Source of the DNA: Mobula hypostoma
Taxonomy: Eukaryota
DNA length: 64,000 nt
Assembly (NCBI RefSeq): GCF_963921235.1
Contig: NC_086098.1
Coordinates: 5,084,001 to 5,148,000 of the forward strand
Direction of reading: 5' to 3'
The translations under genes were made by a program, and so were the position numbers. The notes beneath the pieces are model-generated. The model made no database searches, was not told the origin of the DNA, and saw nothing but the letters and a program-made list of their open reading frames with translations. Positions 13,279-26,070 of the stretch are shown here, piece after piece (the stretch's first letter is position 1; each line of letters starts with the position of its first letter).

Positions 13279-13920
13279 CCTATGCTTACCTCAATCAAAC
13301 AAGGGACAGCTGGAAGACCCGGAGTCCTGAGTCCACGGACTGGACTGTGAACCGGAATGCGGACGTCACGGACCAGACCATGACAGACACAGACTGGGAG
13401 ACTGTTTCGCTGAACAGCTACTCTCTGTCCGCCAGAGAAAGCATGATCTCCCAGTGGCCACACATTTTAATTCCGCGTCCCATTCCCATTCTGATATGTC
13501 TATCCACGACCTCCTCTACTGTCAAGATGAAGCCACACTCAGGTTGGAGGAACAACACCTTATATTCCGTCTGGGTAGCCTCCAACCTGATGGCATGAAC
13601 ATTGACTTCTCTAACTTCTGCTCATGCCCCATCTCCCCCTCATACCCTATCCAGTATTTATTTATTTTTATACTCACAGTCTTTTTCTCTCTCTTTTCTC
13701 CCTCTGTCCCTCTCACTATACCCCTTGCCCATCCTCTGGGCTTCCCCCTCTCCCCCTTTTCCTTCTCCCTAGGCCTCCTGTCCCATGATCCTCTCGTATC
13801 CCTTTTGCCAATCACCTGTCCAGCTCTTGGCTTCATCCCTCCCCCTCCGTCTTCTCCTATCATTTTGGATCTCCCCCTCCCCCTCCCACTTTCAAATCTC
13901 TTACTAACTCTTCCTTCAGT

Positions 13921-13958
13921 TAGTCCTGACGAAGGGTCTCGGCCCGAAACATCGACTG
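13921..13958 (+). ncRNA. Minimal hammerhead ribozyme motif, second copy (GUC changed to AUC)
   Basis: AGTC-CTGACGA-AGGGTCTCGGCCC-GAAAC-ATC-GACT. Confidence 0.65.
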
Positions 13959-14092
13959 CACCTCTTCCTAGAGATGCTGCCTGGCCTGCTGCGTTCACCA
14001 GCAACTTTTATGTCCAATTACACCAGAAGGTATTGAGGCCGTAAAAGTGGAACACAATGTGCTGGAGAAAATGGAAGTACTAACTTGACTAC

Positions 14093-14886
14093 CAATGCTT
14101 CCCCTCAGTTGTGCATCTGTGTGCGTGCACACAGTTTTTGCAACTAGCACACAAAGGAATTTAAACTGTGCACAAAAGGTTGTCACCCTCTACCCTGTTG
14201 GCACATTAAGTATATCGCACGATCATACACAATCACATTTCCTTTTCTGGTTTTTGATGCAGACGGTGTTCACAGTGTGGAGTTAGCAATGATTTGTCTG
14301 CAGATGTTAGAATTGACTTACTTATACTGTTTTTATTGAAGGAATTATTGATTCACTATGTCGAATTCCAGAGAAGCAAAGGGCATGAAGTGCAAAAGAA
14401 CTGCTAGTTTATTTAAATCAGAATGGCTTCATGAAACAGTAGAAACTGCTATACTAAAAGCCCACGCGGCCAGGAACGTGCAGCTACAAGAAATACTTAT
14501 GTACAATACAGAAACTGGTGTCACTTGCGTGCATTATTGGGATGCAAAAGTTCTGGAGAATTTGAAAGTGAGAAGAAATGGATGATATTTGGAAACTTGA
14601 CTTTTTGATGCATCATTTAGCAAGCAAATCACCTATAGACAGTGTGTGAAAGCTCAGGTAAGAAAATCCTTCATTACCCTCATGTTTTGTGAGAGTGCAG
14701 ATGAACATGAGCAAAAATAATCAAACCCAGAGGAGATCAAAGGTCTATTGACAGTGTTTTGCCTGCTGTTAAAATGAATGCCTCTATATATAAAATTCAG
14801 TGCACACATGTTGTTGTCACTGGGTGAAAACTGCACAACACAGGATTTTTGTGCACACTGGCCATTACAAATTAGTGGGAACATTG
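14093..14886 (+). mobile_element. hAT-type DNA transposon, internally deleted
   Basis: Imperfect TIRs CAATGCTTCCCCTCAGTTGT / ACAAATTAGTGGGAACATTG. Degraded 8-bp TSD TTGACTAC/CTGGCTGC (all differences are transitions). TTF-zinc-finger-like remnant FKSEWL...WKLDFLMHHLASKS. Confidence 0.7.
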
Positions 14887-14899
14887 CTGGCTGCCCACC

Positions 14900-15110
14900 T
14901 ATTTAACTCTAGCCTAATCAAAAGACAATTTACAATGACCAATTAACCAACTAACCGGTACACCTTTGGAATGTGGAAGGAAACCAGAACACCTGGAGGA
15001 AGCCAGGAGGAGGACATACAAACTCCTTACAGATGGTGTCATTGAATTCTGAACTTCAGTGGCCCAAACTGTAATAGTGTCATGCTAACCATTACACTGC
15101 TGTGGTGTCT
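14900..15110 (-). mobile_element. V-SINE-like element, degenerate
   Basis: Reverse complement of the V-domain core (TTTGGAATGTGGAAGGAAACCAGAACACCTGGAGGAA). Confidence 0.65.
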
Positions 15111-15522
15111 CTTATGAACAGAGAAGGAATTAATAGAATATTTGTTAAAAGCAGATGAAGAAGATGAGGTTTGTAACCTATAAATCGGACATGATCAACT
15201 GGCAGAGCAGACTTGATGGACTGAATTGGCCTCTGGACTTCCAAATGGTCTTTGATCTTTCAGGCTACGATCTTTGGTATCAAGCCCAGGACTTGCTGAT
15301 GACAGTGAATGAGGTCCATGGATGAGGATCTGAACTCCAGGCTTCAAGCTCTATACTCGCCAATGTTAGGACCCCGAGCGCTAGGCCTCAAACTCTTCTG
15401 AGTACCAGCACAGACAAAGCTAATCATTAATGTTTTGAAGAGAGGAGATATTCTTGGGACATTTCTTCTGGATCAATTTAATTATGAAGGAAAAGTGATT
15501 TGGATTATAACAATTTGGGTGA

Positions 15523-17973
15523 ATGATAGAGGAGCAAAATGGCAAGAAACTTACAGATATTTGTAACTGTGGTGAGAAGGATGAGGTGATGGAGTACTTG
15601 GTGCCAAAGGACAAGATAGAACAAAGTCAGGATTGTTTCCTTAAGGGAAAATCCTGCCTGACGAACCTGTTGGGATTCTTTGAGGAGATTACAAGTAGGA
15701 TAGATAAAGGGGATGCAGTGGATGTTGTATATTTGGACTTTCAGAAGGCCTTTGCCAAGGTGAGAGGCCCCTTGGGTAAGAGTGACCATAATATGGTGGA
15801 ATTCTTCATTAACATGGAGAGTGACGTAGTTAATTCAGAAACAAAGGTTCTGAACTTAAAGAGGGGTAACTTTGAAGGTATGAGTCGTGAATTAGCTAAG
15901 ATAGACTGGCAAATGACACTTAAAGGATTGATGGTGGATATGCAATGGCAGGCATTTAAAGGTTGCATGGATGAACTACAACAATTGTTCATCCCAGTTT
16001 GGCAAAAGAATAAATCAAGGAAGGTAGTGCACCCGTGGCTGACAAGAGAAATTAGGGATAGTATCAATTCCAAAGAAGTAGCATACAAATTAGCCAGAGA
16101 AAGTGGCTCACCTGAGGACTGGGAGAAACTCAGAGTTCAGCAGAGGAGGACAAAGGGCTTAATTAGGAAGGGGAAAAAAGATTATGAGAGAAAACTGGCA
16201 GAGAACATAAAAATGGACTGTAAAAGCTTTTATAGATATGTAAAAAGGAAAAGACTGATAAAGACAAATGTAGGTCCCCTGCAAACAGAAACAGGTGAAT
16301 TGATTATGGGGAGCAAGGACATGGCAGACCAATTGAATAATTACTTTGGTTCTGTCTTCACTAAGGAGGACATAAATAATCTTCCAGAAATAGTAAGGGA
16401 CAGAGGGTGCAGTGAGATGGAGGAACTGAGCGAAATACATGTTAGTAGGGAAGTGGTGTTAGGTAAATTGAAGGGATTGAAGGCAGATAAATCCCCAGGG
16501 CCAGATGGTCTGCATCCCAGAGTGCTTAAGGAAGTAGCCCAAGAAATAGTGGATGCATTAGTGATAATTTTTCAAAACTCGTTAGATTCTGGACTAGTTC
16601 CTGAGGATTGGAGGGTGGCTAATGTAACCCCACTTTTTAAAAAAGGAGGGAGAGAGAAACCGGGGAATTATAGGCCGGTTAGCCTAACGTCGGTGGTGGG
16701 GAAACTGCTGGAGTCAGTTATCAAGGATGTGATAACAGCACATTTGGAAAGCGGTGAAATGATCGGACAAAGTCAGCATGGATTTGTGAAAGGAAAATCA
16801 TGTCTGACGAATCTCATAGAATTTTTTGAGGATGTAACTAGTAGAGTGGATAGGGGAGAACCAGTGGATGTGGTATATTTGGATTTTCAAAAGGCTTTTG
16901 ACAAGGTCCCACACAGGAGATTAGTGTGCAAACTTAAAGCACACGGTATTGGGGGTAAGGTATTGGTGTGGGTGGAGAATTGGTTAGCAGACAGGAAGCA
17001 AAGAGTGGGAATAAACGGGACCTTTTCAGAATGGCAGGCGGTGACTAGTGGGGTACCGCAAGGCTCAGTGCTGGGACCCCAGTTGTTTACAATATATATT
17101 AATGACTTGGATGAGGGAATTAAATGCAGCATCTCCAAGTTTGCGGATGACACAAAGCTGGGTGGCAGTGTTAGCAGTGAGGAGGATGCTAAGAGGATGC
17201 AGGGTGACTTGGATAGGTTGGGTGAGTGGGCAAACTCATGGCAGATGCAATTTAATGTGGATAAATGTGAAGTTATCCACTTTGGTGGCAAAAATAGGAA
17301 AACAGATTATTATCTGAATGGTGGCCGATTAGGAAAAGGGGAGGTGCAACGAGACCTGGGTGTCATTATACACCAGTCATTGAAAGTGGGCATGCAGGTA
17401 CAGCAGGCGGTGAAAAAGGCGAACGGTATGCTGGCATTTATAGCGAGAGGATTCGAGTACAGGAGCAGGGAGGTACTACTGCAGTTGTACAAAGCCTTGG
17501 TGAGACCACACCTGGAGTATTGTGTGCAGTTTTGGTCCCCTAATCTGAGGAAAGACATCTTTGCCATAGAGGGAGTACAAAGAAGGTTCACCAGATTGAT
17601 TCCTGGGATGGCAGGTCTTTCATATGAAGAAAGACTGGATGAACTGGGCTTGTACTCGTTGGAATTTAGAAGATTGAGGGGGGATCTGATTGAAACGTAT
17701 AAGATCCTAAAGGGATTGGACAGGCTAGATGCGGGAAGATTGTTCCCGATGTTGGGGAGGTCCAGAACGAGGGGTCACAGTTTGAGGATAGAGGGGAAGC
17801 CTTTTAGGACCGAGATTAGGAAAAACTTCTTCACACAGAGAGTGGTGAATCTGTGGAATTCTCTGCCACAGCAAACTGTTGAGGCCAGTTCATTAGCTAT
17901 GTTTAAAAGGAAGTTAGATATGGCCCTTGTGGCTACAGGGGTCAGGGGGTATGGAGGGAAGGCTGGGTTCTGA
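15523..17973 (+). pseudogene. Chimeric 816-codon ORF: RT fragment of another CR1 fused in frame to 5'-truncated CR1-A ORF2
   Basis: YLDFQKAF occurs twice; the junction lies at GTG 15760-15762; the RT half (FADD) is intact but most of the EN is missing. Confidence 0.85.
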
Positions 17974-18076
17974 GTTGGATGATCATCCATGATCATAATA
18001 AATGGCGGTGCAGGCTCGAAGGGCCGAATGGCCTACTCCTGCACCTATTTTCTATGTTTCTATGTTTCTATGTTTC
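15760..18076 (+). mobile_element. CR1-A, 5'-truncated, with (TTTCTATG)n tail
   Basis: Near identity to the other A copies; 3' UTR at 17974-18046 and tail at 18047-18076. Confidence 0.95.
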
Positions 18077-18756
18077 CTTAAGCACTCTAGGATGCAGACC
18101 ATCTGGCCCTGGGGATTTATCTGCCTTCATCCCTTCAATTTACCTAACACCACTTCCCTACTAACATGTATTTCCCTCAGTTCCTCCATCTCACTGGACC
18201 CTCTGTCCCCTACTATTTCTGGAAGATTATTTATGTCCTCCTTAGTGAAGACAGAACCAAAGTAATTATTCAATTGGTCTGCCATGTCCTTGCTCCCCAT
18301 AATCAATTCACCTGTTTCTGTCTATAGGGGACCTACATTTGTCTTTACCAGTCTTTTCCTTTTTACATATCTATAAAAGCTTTTACAGTCAGTTTTTATG
18401 CTCCCTGCCAGTTTTCTCTCATAATCTTTTTTCCCCTTCCTAATTAATCCCTTTGTCCTCCCCTGCTGAACTCTGAATTTCTCCCAGTCCTCAGGTGAGC
18501 CCCTTTCTCTGGCTAATTTGTATGCTTCTTCTTTGGAATTGATACTATCCCTAATTTCTCTTGTCAGCCACGGGTGCACTACCTTTCTTGATTTATTCTT
18601 TTGCCAAACTGGGATGAACAATTGTTGTAGTTCATCCATGCAACCTTTAAATGCTTGCCATTACATATCCACTGTCAATCCTTTAAGTGTCATTTGCCAA
18701 TCTATCTTAGCTAATTCACGTCTCATACCTTCAAAGTTACCCCTCTTTAAGTTCAG
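18074..18756 (-). mobile_element. CR1-A internal fragment
   Basis: Inverted homolog of 15850-16531 carrying different alleles (SKEEAYK versus SKEVAYK). Confidence 0.9.
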
Positions 18757-18759
18757 TAC

Positions 18760-20120
18760 GAAATATCCCACGGTGATCATAAAATTGCCTTTTTGACATT
18801 GCCTATCTCCCATTGTAATTTATATCCCATATCCTGGCTACAGTTCGGAGGCCTGTATATAACTCCTATCAGGAACTTTTAACCCTTGCAGTTTCTTAAC
18901 TCTACCCACATGGATTCTACCTCTATCGATCCTATGGGATCTCTTACCAAGGATTTAATTTCATTTTTTACCAACAGTGAATTGAATTGAATTTATTTAA
19001 ATCTTACATCCATCCCACAATGTGAGGGAGTAAAAATCTTTATGTTATGACTCCGTCGCAATGTACAGACATGTGAATTTAAAAGTCTACTGGCTTGTAG
19101 AAAGAAGCTGTCCAGTAGGCTGTTGGTCCTGGTTTTAATGCTGCGGTACCGTTCGCAAGACGGAAGTAGCTAAATCAGTTTATGGTTGGGATGACTAGTG
19201 CAAAGGAGTACAAAATAATTGTTACTCCAGATCTGATGCAGCAAAAAAAAACACAATAAATATAAATACTGCAGCTAATATACATAGGTTGACTTATTCG
19301 AGCCTGTGCTCGCAGGAATTTAGAAGAATGCAGTGAGGATCTCATTGAAAGCTACCAAATGTTGAAAGGACTAGATAGGGTAGATGTAGAGAGGATGATT
19401 CCTATGGTGGGGGTATCCAGAACTAGAGGCCACAGCCTCAAAGTTGATGGCAGACCTTTTAGAACAGAGGTAGGAGGAATTTTTTTTTAGCCAGAGAGCA
19501 GTGAATCTGTGGAATGCTCTGCCACAGACTGCGGTGGAGGCCAAGTCTGTGGATATATTTAAAGTGAAAATCGATAGCTTCCTGATTGGTCAGGGCATCA
19601 AAGGATATGGCGAGAAGGCAGGTGTATGTGGTTGAGTGGGATCCTGGATCAGCCACGATGGAATGGCGGAGCAGACTCAAGGGGCTGAATGGCCTGATTC
19701 CTTCTTATATCTTGTGGTCTTAATGTATGTCCATAAAGTGACCCTAGGTACTGGCGTGTCTGTACATAAGGTGACTTTGACAATAGCAACAAATCCCACA
19801 CCTCTCCCCTGTAGAAAAAAGCAGCATCAGATAAAGTTGGTATTGATCTCCAACCTCCAACGCTCTGTGCTGTAATATTGTCACACAAACCACTACACTA
19901 CCTCGAGCCTCAAGCCTTGAGGTCTTACGCATTTTCTCTGTTGGCTGTCTCATCGTTCTTTGCGATGAGCCCCACCATTGCCGTGTCATCGCCAAACTCG
20001 ACAGAGTGCTAGGCTGTGCAGTCGTACAGTCTGTGAGCAGATTGTACACCAGTGAGCTCACCACTTAGCATACGGGGCGGGAGAGTGGTTACACCCATGC
20101 TGAGGATGATAAAGTACAGG
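18760..20120. mobile_element. Mosaic of LINE fragments: CR1 EN (-, 18760-18977), Rex1 3' end (-, 18978-19200), CR1 3' end (+, 19300-19725), Rex1 RT (-, 19890-20120)
   Basis: Motif remnants YRPP, RYRSIKTRT, CR1 3' UTR and FGDDT. Confidence 0.7.
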
Positions 20121-20308
20121 TGAAGCCTCTATAAATCACTGATGAACTGTCACTGAGCGGGTTTGGATTCTTTAACTTAGAAATGCTGTGCTGAAACTGA
20201 ATAGGGTTCAAAGAAAGTTCACAAAATTCATTCCAGGTTTGAGTGGCTTGTCATATGAAGAGTGTTTAATGGCTCTGGGGCTATATTCACTAGAATTCAG
20301 AAGAATAA

Positions 20309-23300
20309 CCATATAACCATATAACAATTACAGCACAGTGTTACGTACCCCGTAACTGGGTTGCCAAACCAGCAGAAATGGATCACTCAGTTGGAGTCTG
20401 GAGTACTAGAACTAAGAAAGTTTTATTAAAGAAACGAGCAACACAGTAATCGAAAGGATAATAAATGCAACAGTTCAGTGATGATAAACACACAGGTGCA
20501 CAGAATTAAGATAACAGCATCAATCAAGCTCTATCGTTGTCTAGGGGTAAATGACCAAATTTCAAAATGACTCAAAGTTCAGTTCGCAGTAATCGTTGCC
20601 ATGGCGATGGACAAGGTGGGGGAAGAGACAGAGAGAACAGGAACAACTGATCATTCAGAACACTGCTTCACTCACAGACCAGCGAGATGGCTCACAAACA
20701 GCTTTTGGGCGGGTCCTTGGTGATGTCACCTGAGGTCACCGACTGTGACCCCTCCTCCAGATGCGGTCGATCCTCTGCAGTGAACCCGGCACCCAGGCAA
20801 GGGCGGACACACACTGGGTTCCCGCTGATCGTACCTTTCCACCCTTGTCGTTGTCTGATGCTTCTCACCCACTCGTGAGAGGCGCACCGCTTCCAGGGTC
20901 TCGTTACCTCGGGTGGCGTGTGTCCTGTCTTAGCGAACCTGTCCCTTTTTATCCCCCTGCTGGGGTATCGCCTGTCCATCACTTCAAACAGTTCAGGGTT
21001 CAAAGAGGGGAGCCGCTCCAGACAGCTCTCTCTCCCACATTCCTTCATTACACATCTCCAGACGCTGCTCCATTGTTCCTTATCTCTCCTTCCCCTGAGG
21101 GCAGGTGGCAGACCAACTGCTGATGCCACTGATGCTAGCCCAGGCCAGCAAACATCTTAATTTTATGTGTATTCTCGTAACAACAGAAACAGGCCATCTC
21201 GGCCCTCCAGTCCATGCCGAACCCCTACTCTCACCTAGTCCCACCGACCTGCACTCAGCCCATAACCCTCCATTCCTTTCCTGTCCATATACCTATCCAA
21301 TTTAACTTTAAATGACAATATCGAACCTGCCTCAACCACTTCTGCTGGAAGCTCGTTCCACACAGCTACCACTCTCTGAGTAAAGAAGTTCCCCCTCATG
21401 TTACCCCTAAACTTTTGGCCTTTAACTCTCAACTCATGTCCTCTTGTTTGAATCTCCCCTACTCTCAATGGAAAAAGCCTATCTACATCAACTCTATCTA
21501 TCCTCCTCATAATTTTAAATACCTCTATCAAGTCCCCCCTCAACCTCCTACGCTCCAAAGAATAAAGACCCAACTTCTTCAACCTTTCTCTGTAACTTAG
21601 GTCATGAAGTCCAAGTAACATTCCAGTAATTCTTCTCTGTACTCTCTCTGTTTTGTTGACATCTTTCTTATAATTCAGTGACCAGAACTGTAAACAATAC
21701 TCCAGACTTGGCCTTACCAATGCCTTGTACAATTTTAACATTCCATCCCAACTCCTATACTCAGTGCTCTGATTTATAAAGGCCAGCATACTAAAAGCTT
21801 TCATAACCACCCTATCCACATGAGACTCGACCTTTAGGGAACTATGCACCATTATTCCTAGATCACTCTGTTCTACTGCCTTCTTCAATGCCCTACCATT
21901 TACCATGTATGTCCTATTTTGATTAGTCCTACCAAAATGTAGCACCTCGCATTTATCAGCATTAAACTCCATCTGCCATCTTTCAGCCCACTCTTCTAAC
22001 TAGCCTAAATCTCTCTGCAAGCTTTGAAGACCTACTTCATTATCCACAACACCATCTATCTTAGTATCATCTGCATACTTACTAATCCAATTTACCACCC
22101 CATCATCCAGATCATTAATATATATAACAAACAACACTGGACCCAGTACAGATCCCTGAGGCACACCACGAGACACCGTCCTCCAATCTGAAACACAGTT
22201 ATCCACCACTACTCTCTAGTGTCTCCCATCCAGCCACTCCTGAATCCATTTTACTACTTCAATTTTAATACCTAACAATTGAACCTTCCTAACTAACCTT
22301 CCGTGTGGAACTTTGTCAAAGGCCTTACTGAAGTCCATATAGACAACTTCCACCAACTACCCTCATCAACTTTCCTAGTAACTTCTTCAAAAAATTCAAT
22401 AAGATTTATCAAACATGATTTTCCACACACAAATCCATGTTGTCTGTTCCTAATCAGACCCTCTCTATCCAGATACTTATATATACCATCTCTAAGAACA
22501 CTTTCCATCAATTTACCCACCACTGACGTCAAACTCATAGGCCGATAATTGCTAGGTTTACTCTTAGAACCCTTTTTAAACAATGGAACCACATGAGCAA
22601 TACACCAATCCTCTGGCACCATCCCTGCTTCTAATGACATCTGAAATGTTTCTGTCAGAGCCTCTGCTATTTCAACACTAACTTCCCTCAAGGTCCTAGG
22701 GAATATCCTGTCAGGATCCGGAGACTTATCCACTTTTATATTCCTTAAAAGCACCAGTACTTGTTCTTCTTTAATCATCATAGTTTCTATAACTTCCCTA
22801 CCTGTTTCCCTTACCTTACACAACTTAATATCCTTCTCCTTAGCGAATACTGAAGAAAAGAAATTGTTTAAAATCTCCCCCATCTCTTTTGACTCCACAC
22901 ATAGCTGTCCACTCTGATTCTCTAAGGGACCAATTTTATCCCGCACTATCCTTTTGCTATTACTATAACTGTAGAAACCCTTTGGATTTATTTTCAGCTT
23001 ACTTGCCAAAGCAACCTCATATCTTCTTTTAGCTTTTCTAGTTTCTTTCTTAAGATTCTTTTTACATTCTTTATATTCCTCGAGCACCTCATTTATTCCA
23101 AGCTGCCTATATTTATTGTAGATATCTCTCTTTTTCCGAACCAAGTTTCCAATATCCCTTGAAAACCATGGGTCTCTCAAACTTTTAACCTTTCTTTTCA
23201 ACCTAACAGGAAGATAAAGATCCTGTACCCTCAAAATTTCACCATAAAACAATTTGTCCCAATCCACTCCTTCTAAATCCTTTCGCATCTCCTTAAAGTT

Positions 23301-25255
23301 AGCCTTTCTCCAATCAAACATCTCAACCCTGGGTCCAGACCTATCCTTCTCCATAATTATATTGAAACTAATGTCATAGTGATCACTGGACATGAAGTGC
23401 TCCCCAACACATACCTCCGTCACCTGACCTATCTCATTCCCTAACAGGAGATCCAACTCTGTTTCTTCTCTAGTTGGTTCCTCTATGTATTGCTGCAAAA
23501 AACTATCCTGCACACATTTTACAAACTCCAAAACATCCAGCCCTTTTACGGTATGGGCTTCCCAGTCTACGTGTGGAAAATTAAAATCTCCCACAATCAC
23601 AGCCTTGTGCTTACTACAAATATCTGCTATTTCCTTACAAAATTGCTCCTCTAATTCTCGCTCCTCATTTGGTAGTCTATAATACACCCATATAAGTGTT
23701 ACTACACCTTTCCCAATCCTCAATTCCACCCAAATAGCCTCCCTAGACAAGCCTTCTAATCTATCTTGCCAGAGCACCACTGTAATATTTTCATGACAAG
23801 CAATGCAACACCTCCCTCTCTTGTCCCTCCAATTCTATCACACCTGAAGCAATGAAATCCAGGAATATTTAGTTGCCAATCACACCCCTCCTGCAATCAT
23901 GTTTCTCTAATAGCTACAACATCATACTTCCAGGTAATAATCCATGCTCTAAGCTCATCCACCTTTCTTAAAATGCTCCTTAACATTAAAATAAATGCAT
24001 TTAAGAAAATTTTCACCTCTTTCTCTCTCTTTATTACTAACCGTGCAAACAACTTTACTATCTCCTTTTTCTTCCTTCTCCCTTGCATCTGTTCCTAGAT
24101 TCTGGTTCCCCTCCCCCTTGTATCTAGTTTAAATCCACTGGAGCCTCTCTAGCAAACTTACTTGCAAGAATATTTGTCCCCCTCCAGTTCAGCTGTAAAC
24201 CGTCCCGCCGGAACAGGTCCCACTTTCCCTGGAAAACTGCCCAATTATCTATAAATCTGAAGCCCTCCCTCCTGCACCATGTCTTCAGCCACATGTTGAT
24301 CTGCACTATCTTACTATTTCTAAACCCTCCTGCACGTGGCACTGGTAGCAATCCTGAGATTGCTATCCTGGAGGTCCTGTCCTTTAACTTGGTGCCTAAC
24401 TCCCTAAACTCACCTTTCAGGACCTCCTCACTCTTCCTTCCCACATCATTGGTCCCTACATGGACCACGACATCTGGCTGCTCACCCTTCCTCTTGAGAA
24501 TACTGAGAACTCGATCCGAGATATCGCGGATCCTGGCACCAGGGAGGCAACAGACATTCCGGGATTCTCGATCTCTTCCACAGAACCTCTTATCTATCCC
24601 CTTAACTATCGAATCCCCTATCATTACTGCTCTCCTCTTTTCCCTCCTTCCCTTCTGAGCTGAGGGTCCAGTCTCGGTGCCAGAGACGCAACCACTGCAA
24701 CTTGTCCCTGGTAGGTCGTCCCCATCAACAGTATCCAAAATGATATACTTATTATTGGTGGGAACAGCCACAGGGGTGCTCTGCTCATTCTGTCTATTCC
24801 CCTTCCCTCTCCTGACAGTCACCCAGCTACCTGTCTCCTGACTCTCAGGGGTGACTGTCTCCCTGTAATTCCGGTGTATTTCTGCCTCTGTCTCTGCCTC
24901 CCGAATGATCCGAAGTTCATCCAGCTCCAGCTCCAGTTCCCTAACTTGGTTTGTCAGGAGCTGCAGCTGGATGCACCTTTCACTTCCCACATCTTGCAAA
25001 CGGAGCACTCAACTGCCCTAACTGATGCCTCCATTACCTACTCTTAAGGTAATTAAATTAATTTAAGGAACTTACCTGGCCTTACCTCACTCGGAGTGAA
25101 GGTCGTCCTCAGCCTCTGCTCACCAAAGCCTTCCTACTCTGTCTCCCTCTACTTCATTGCCCGCTCCGTTAACCTACTCACTTTTAAACACTCCCGCTGC
25201 CTCACAGTCTGACTTACACGCACTTGCGCAGTCGTGCCCCATTCAACTGCCAAAG
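20309..25255 (-). mobile_element. Full-length degenerate CR1 (subfamily E)
   Basis: 5' UTR at about 25010-25255, ORF1 24124-25008 (esterase), ORF2 pieces 21235-24088, (TATATGGT)n tail. Confidence 0.93.
20339..21182 (-). mobile_element. Solo LTR of the Gmr1-like Gypsy family
   Basis: TGTTACG...CGTAACA termini, perfect ACAG TSD, homologous to 39685-40515 and 43607-44437. Confidence 0.96.
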
Positions 25256-26070
25256 AAATAAGGGTTGACCTCATTGAAAACTATCAAATGGTGAAAGGCC
25301 TTGAGAGAGTGGATGTGAAGAGGATGTTTCCGATGGTAGGAGAGTCTAAGGCCAGAGGACACAGCGTCAGAAAGAGTGACATCCTTTTAAAACGGTGATG
25401 AGGAGAAATTTCTTCAGCCAGAGAGTGGTGAAACTGTGGCATTCAAGTGGAGAGCAAGTCTTTATGTATATTTGAGGCAGAGGTTAATAGATCCTTGATT
25501 GGTCAGGGCATGAGGAGATATGGGGAGAAGGCAGGAGACTGGGGCTGAGAGGAAAATTGGATCAGTCATGATGAAATGGCAGAGCAGACTTGATGGGCCA
25601 AATGGCCTAATTCTGCTCCTATATCTTATGATCTTATGGTCTTATGATGCAGAGGGAGAAACGGTTGTGCATCCTGAATATCTGAGGTTTGTTAGTTAGG
25701 GAGTCTGACACCCAGTTGCACAGTAATGTATTTAGTCCAAGGAGTAGGAGTTTGTTCACTATATATTTTAAAACATTATATTTCATCTTGCCCACTGCAT
25801 TTTTGCCCATAATCCCCTAAATTGTCTTCATAATCTCCTCTGTACTCATAAGTCCAATGTTTATCTTTTGCACTGTTTTTTAATGCTGTAACCCATAATT
25901 ATTTGTATTGTATGTCCTTCCAGTGTATTGTTGCTGTAAAACAATACACTTCAGGACACAGCTCAATGATAATAAACCTGATTCCAATTTTGATAGAGAA
26001 TAACTGGGTCCCAAACAACAATCCCTGTGGTTCCCCACTAATAGCAGTTTGCAAAATTGAGAAGCATCCA

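Larger units (their letters stand above)
8152..13385 (-). mobile_element. Solo LTR of about 1.27 kb in three pieces (8152-8494, 10562-11390, 13286-13385)
   Basis: Termini TGTCA...TGACA; 5-bp TSD GACGC (8147-8151) / GACAC (13386-13390) inside the Penelope ORF. Strand is inferred. Confidence 0.8.
7237..14012. mobile_element. Penelope-like element (GIY-YIG end) with an inverted left arm, interrupted by nested insertions
   Basis: Minus arm 7237-7858 reads HFNSTSHSHSDM..EEQHLIFRLGSLQPDG. Plus arm 7861-8151 (CKRNKCYTC..FTCES..VIYCVRCSRC..YIGET) continues at 13391-14012. TSD TCCAATTA(T/C)AC at 7226-7236 and 14013-14023. Confidence 0.92.
6906..14040 (-). mobile_element. Old Rex1/Babar-type LINE RT fragment, split into 6906-7236 and 14013-14040
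   Basis: STGAP..SPLLY..FADDT..WCNNNNLLLNVSKTKE; continues as GLNTFWCNW beyond 14013. Confidence 0.85.
20200..25647 (+). mobile_element. Old CR1 3' fragment, split into 20200-20308 and 25256-25647 by CR1-E
   Basis: CTAGAATTCAGAAGAATA on the left continues as AGGGTTGACCTCATTGAAA on the right. Confidence 0.8.

Noticed and set aside
15523..17973. Autonomous 816-aa RT gene
   Set aside because: Chimeric, missing most of the endonuclease, with no ORF1 or promoter.
18074..18756. Twin-priming inversion of the adjacent CR1-A
   Set aside because: It lies 3' of the tail, duplicates rather than complements the sequence, and carries different alleles.
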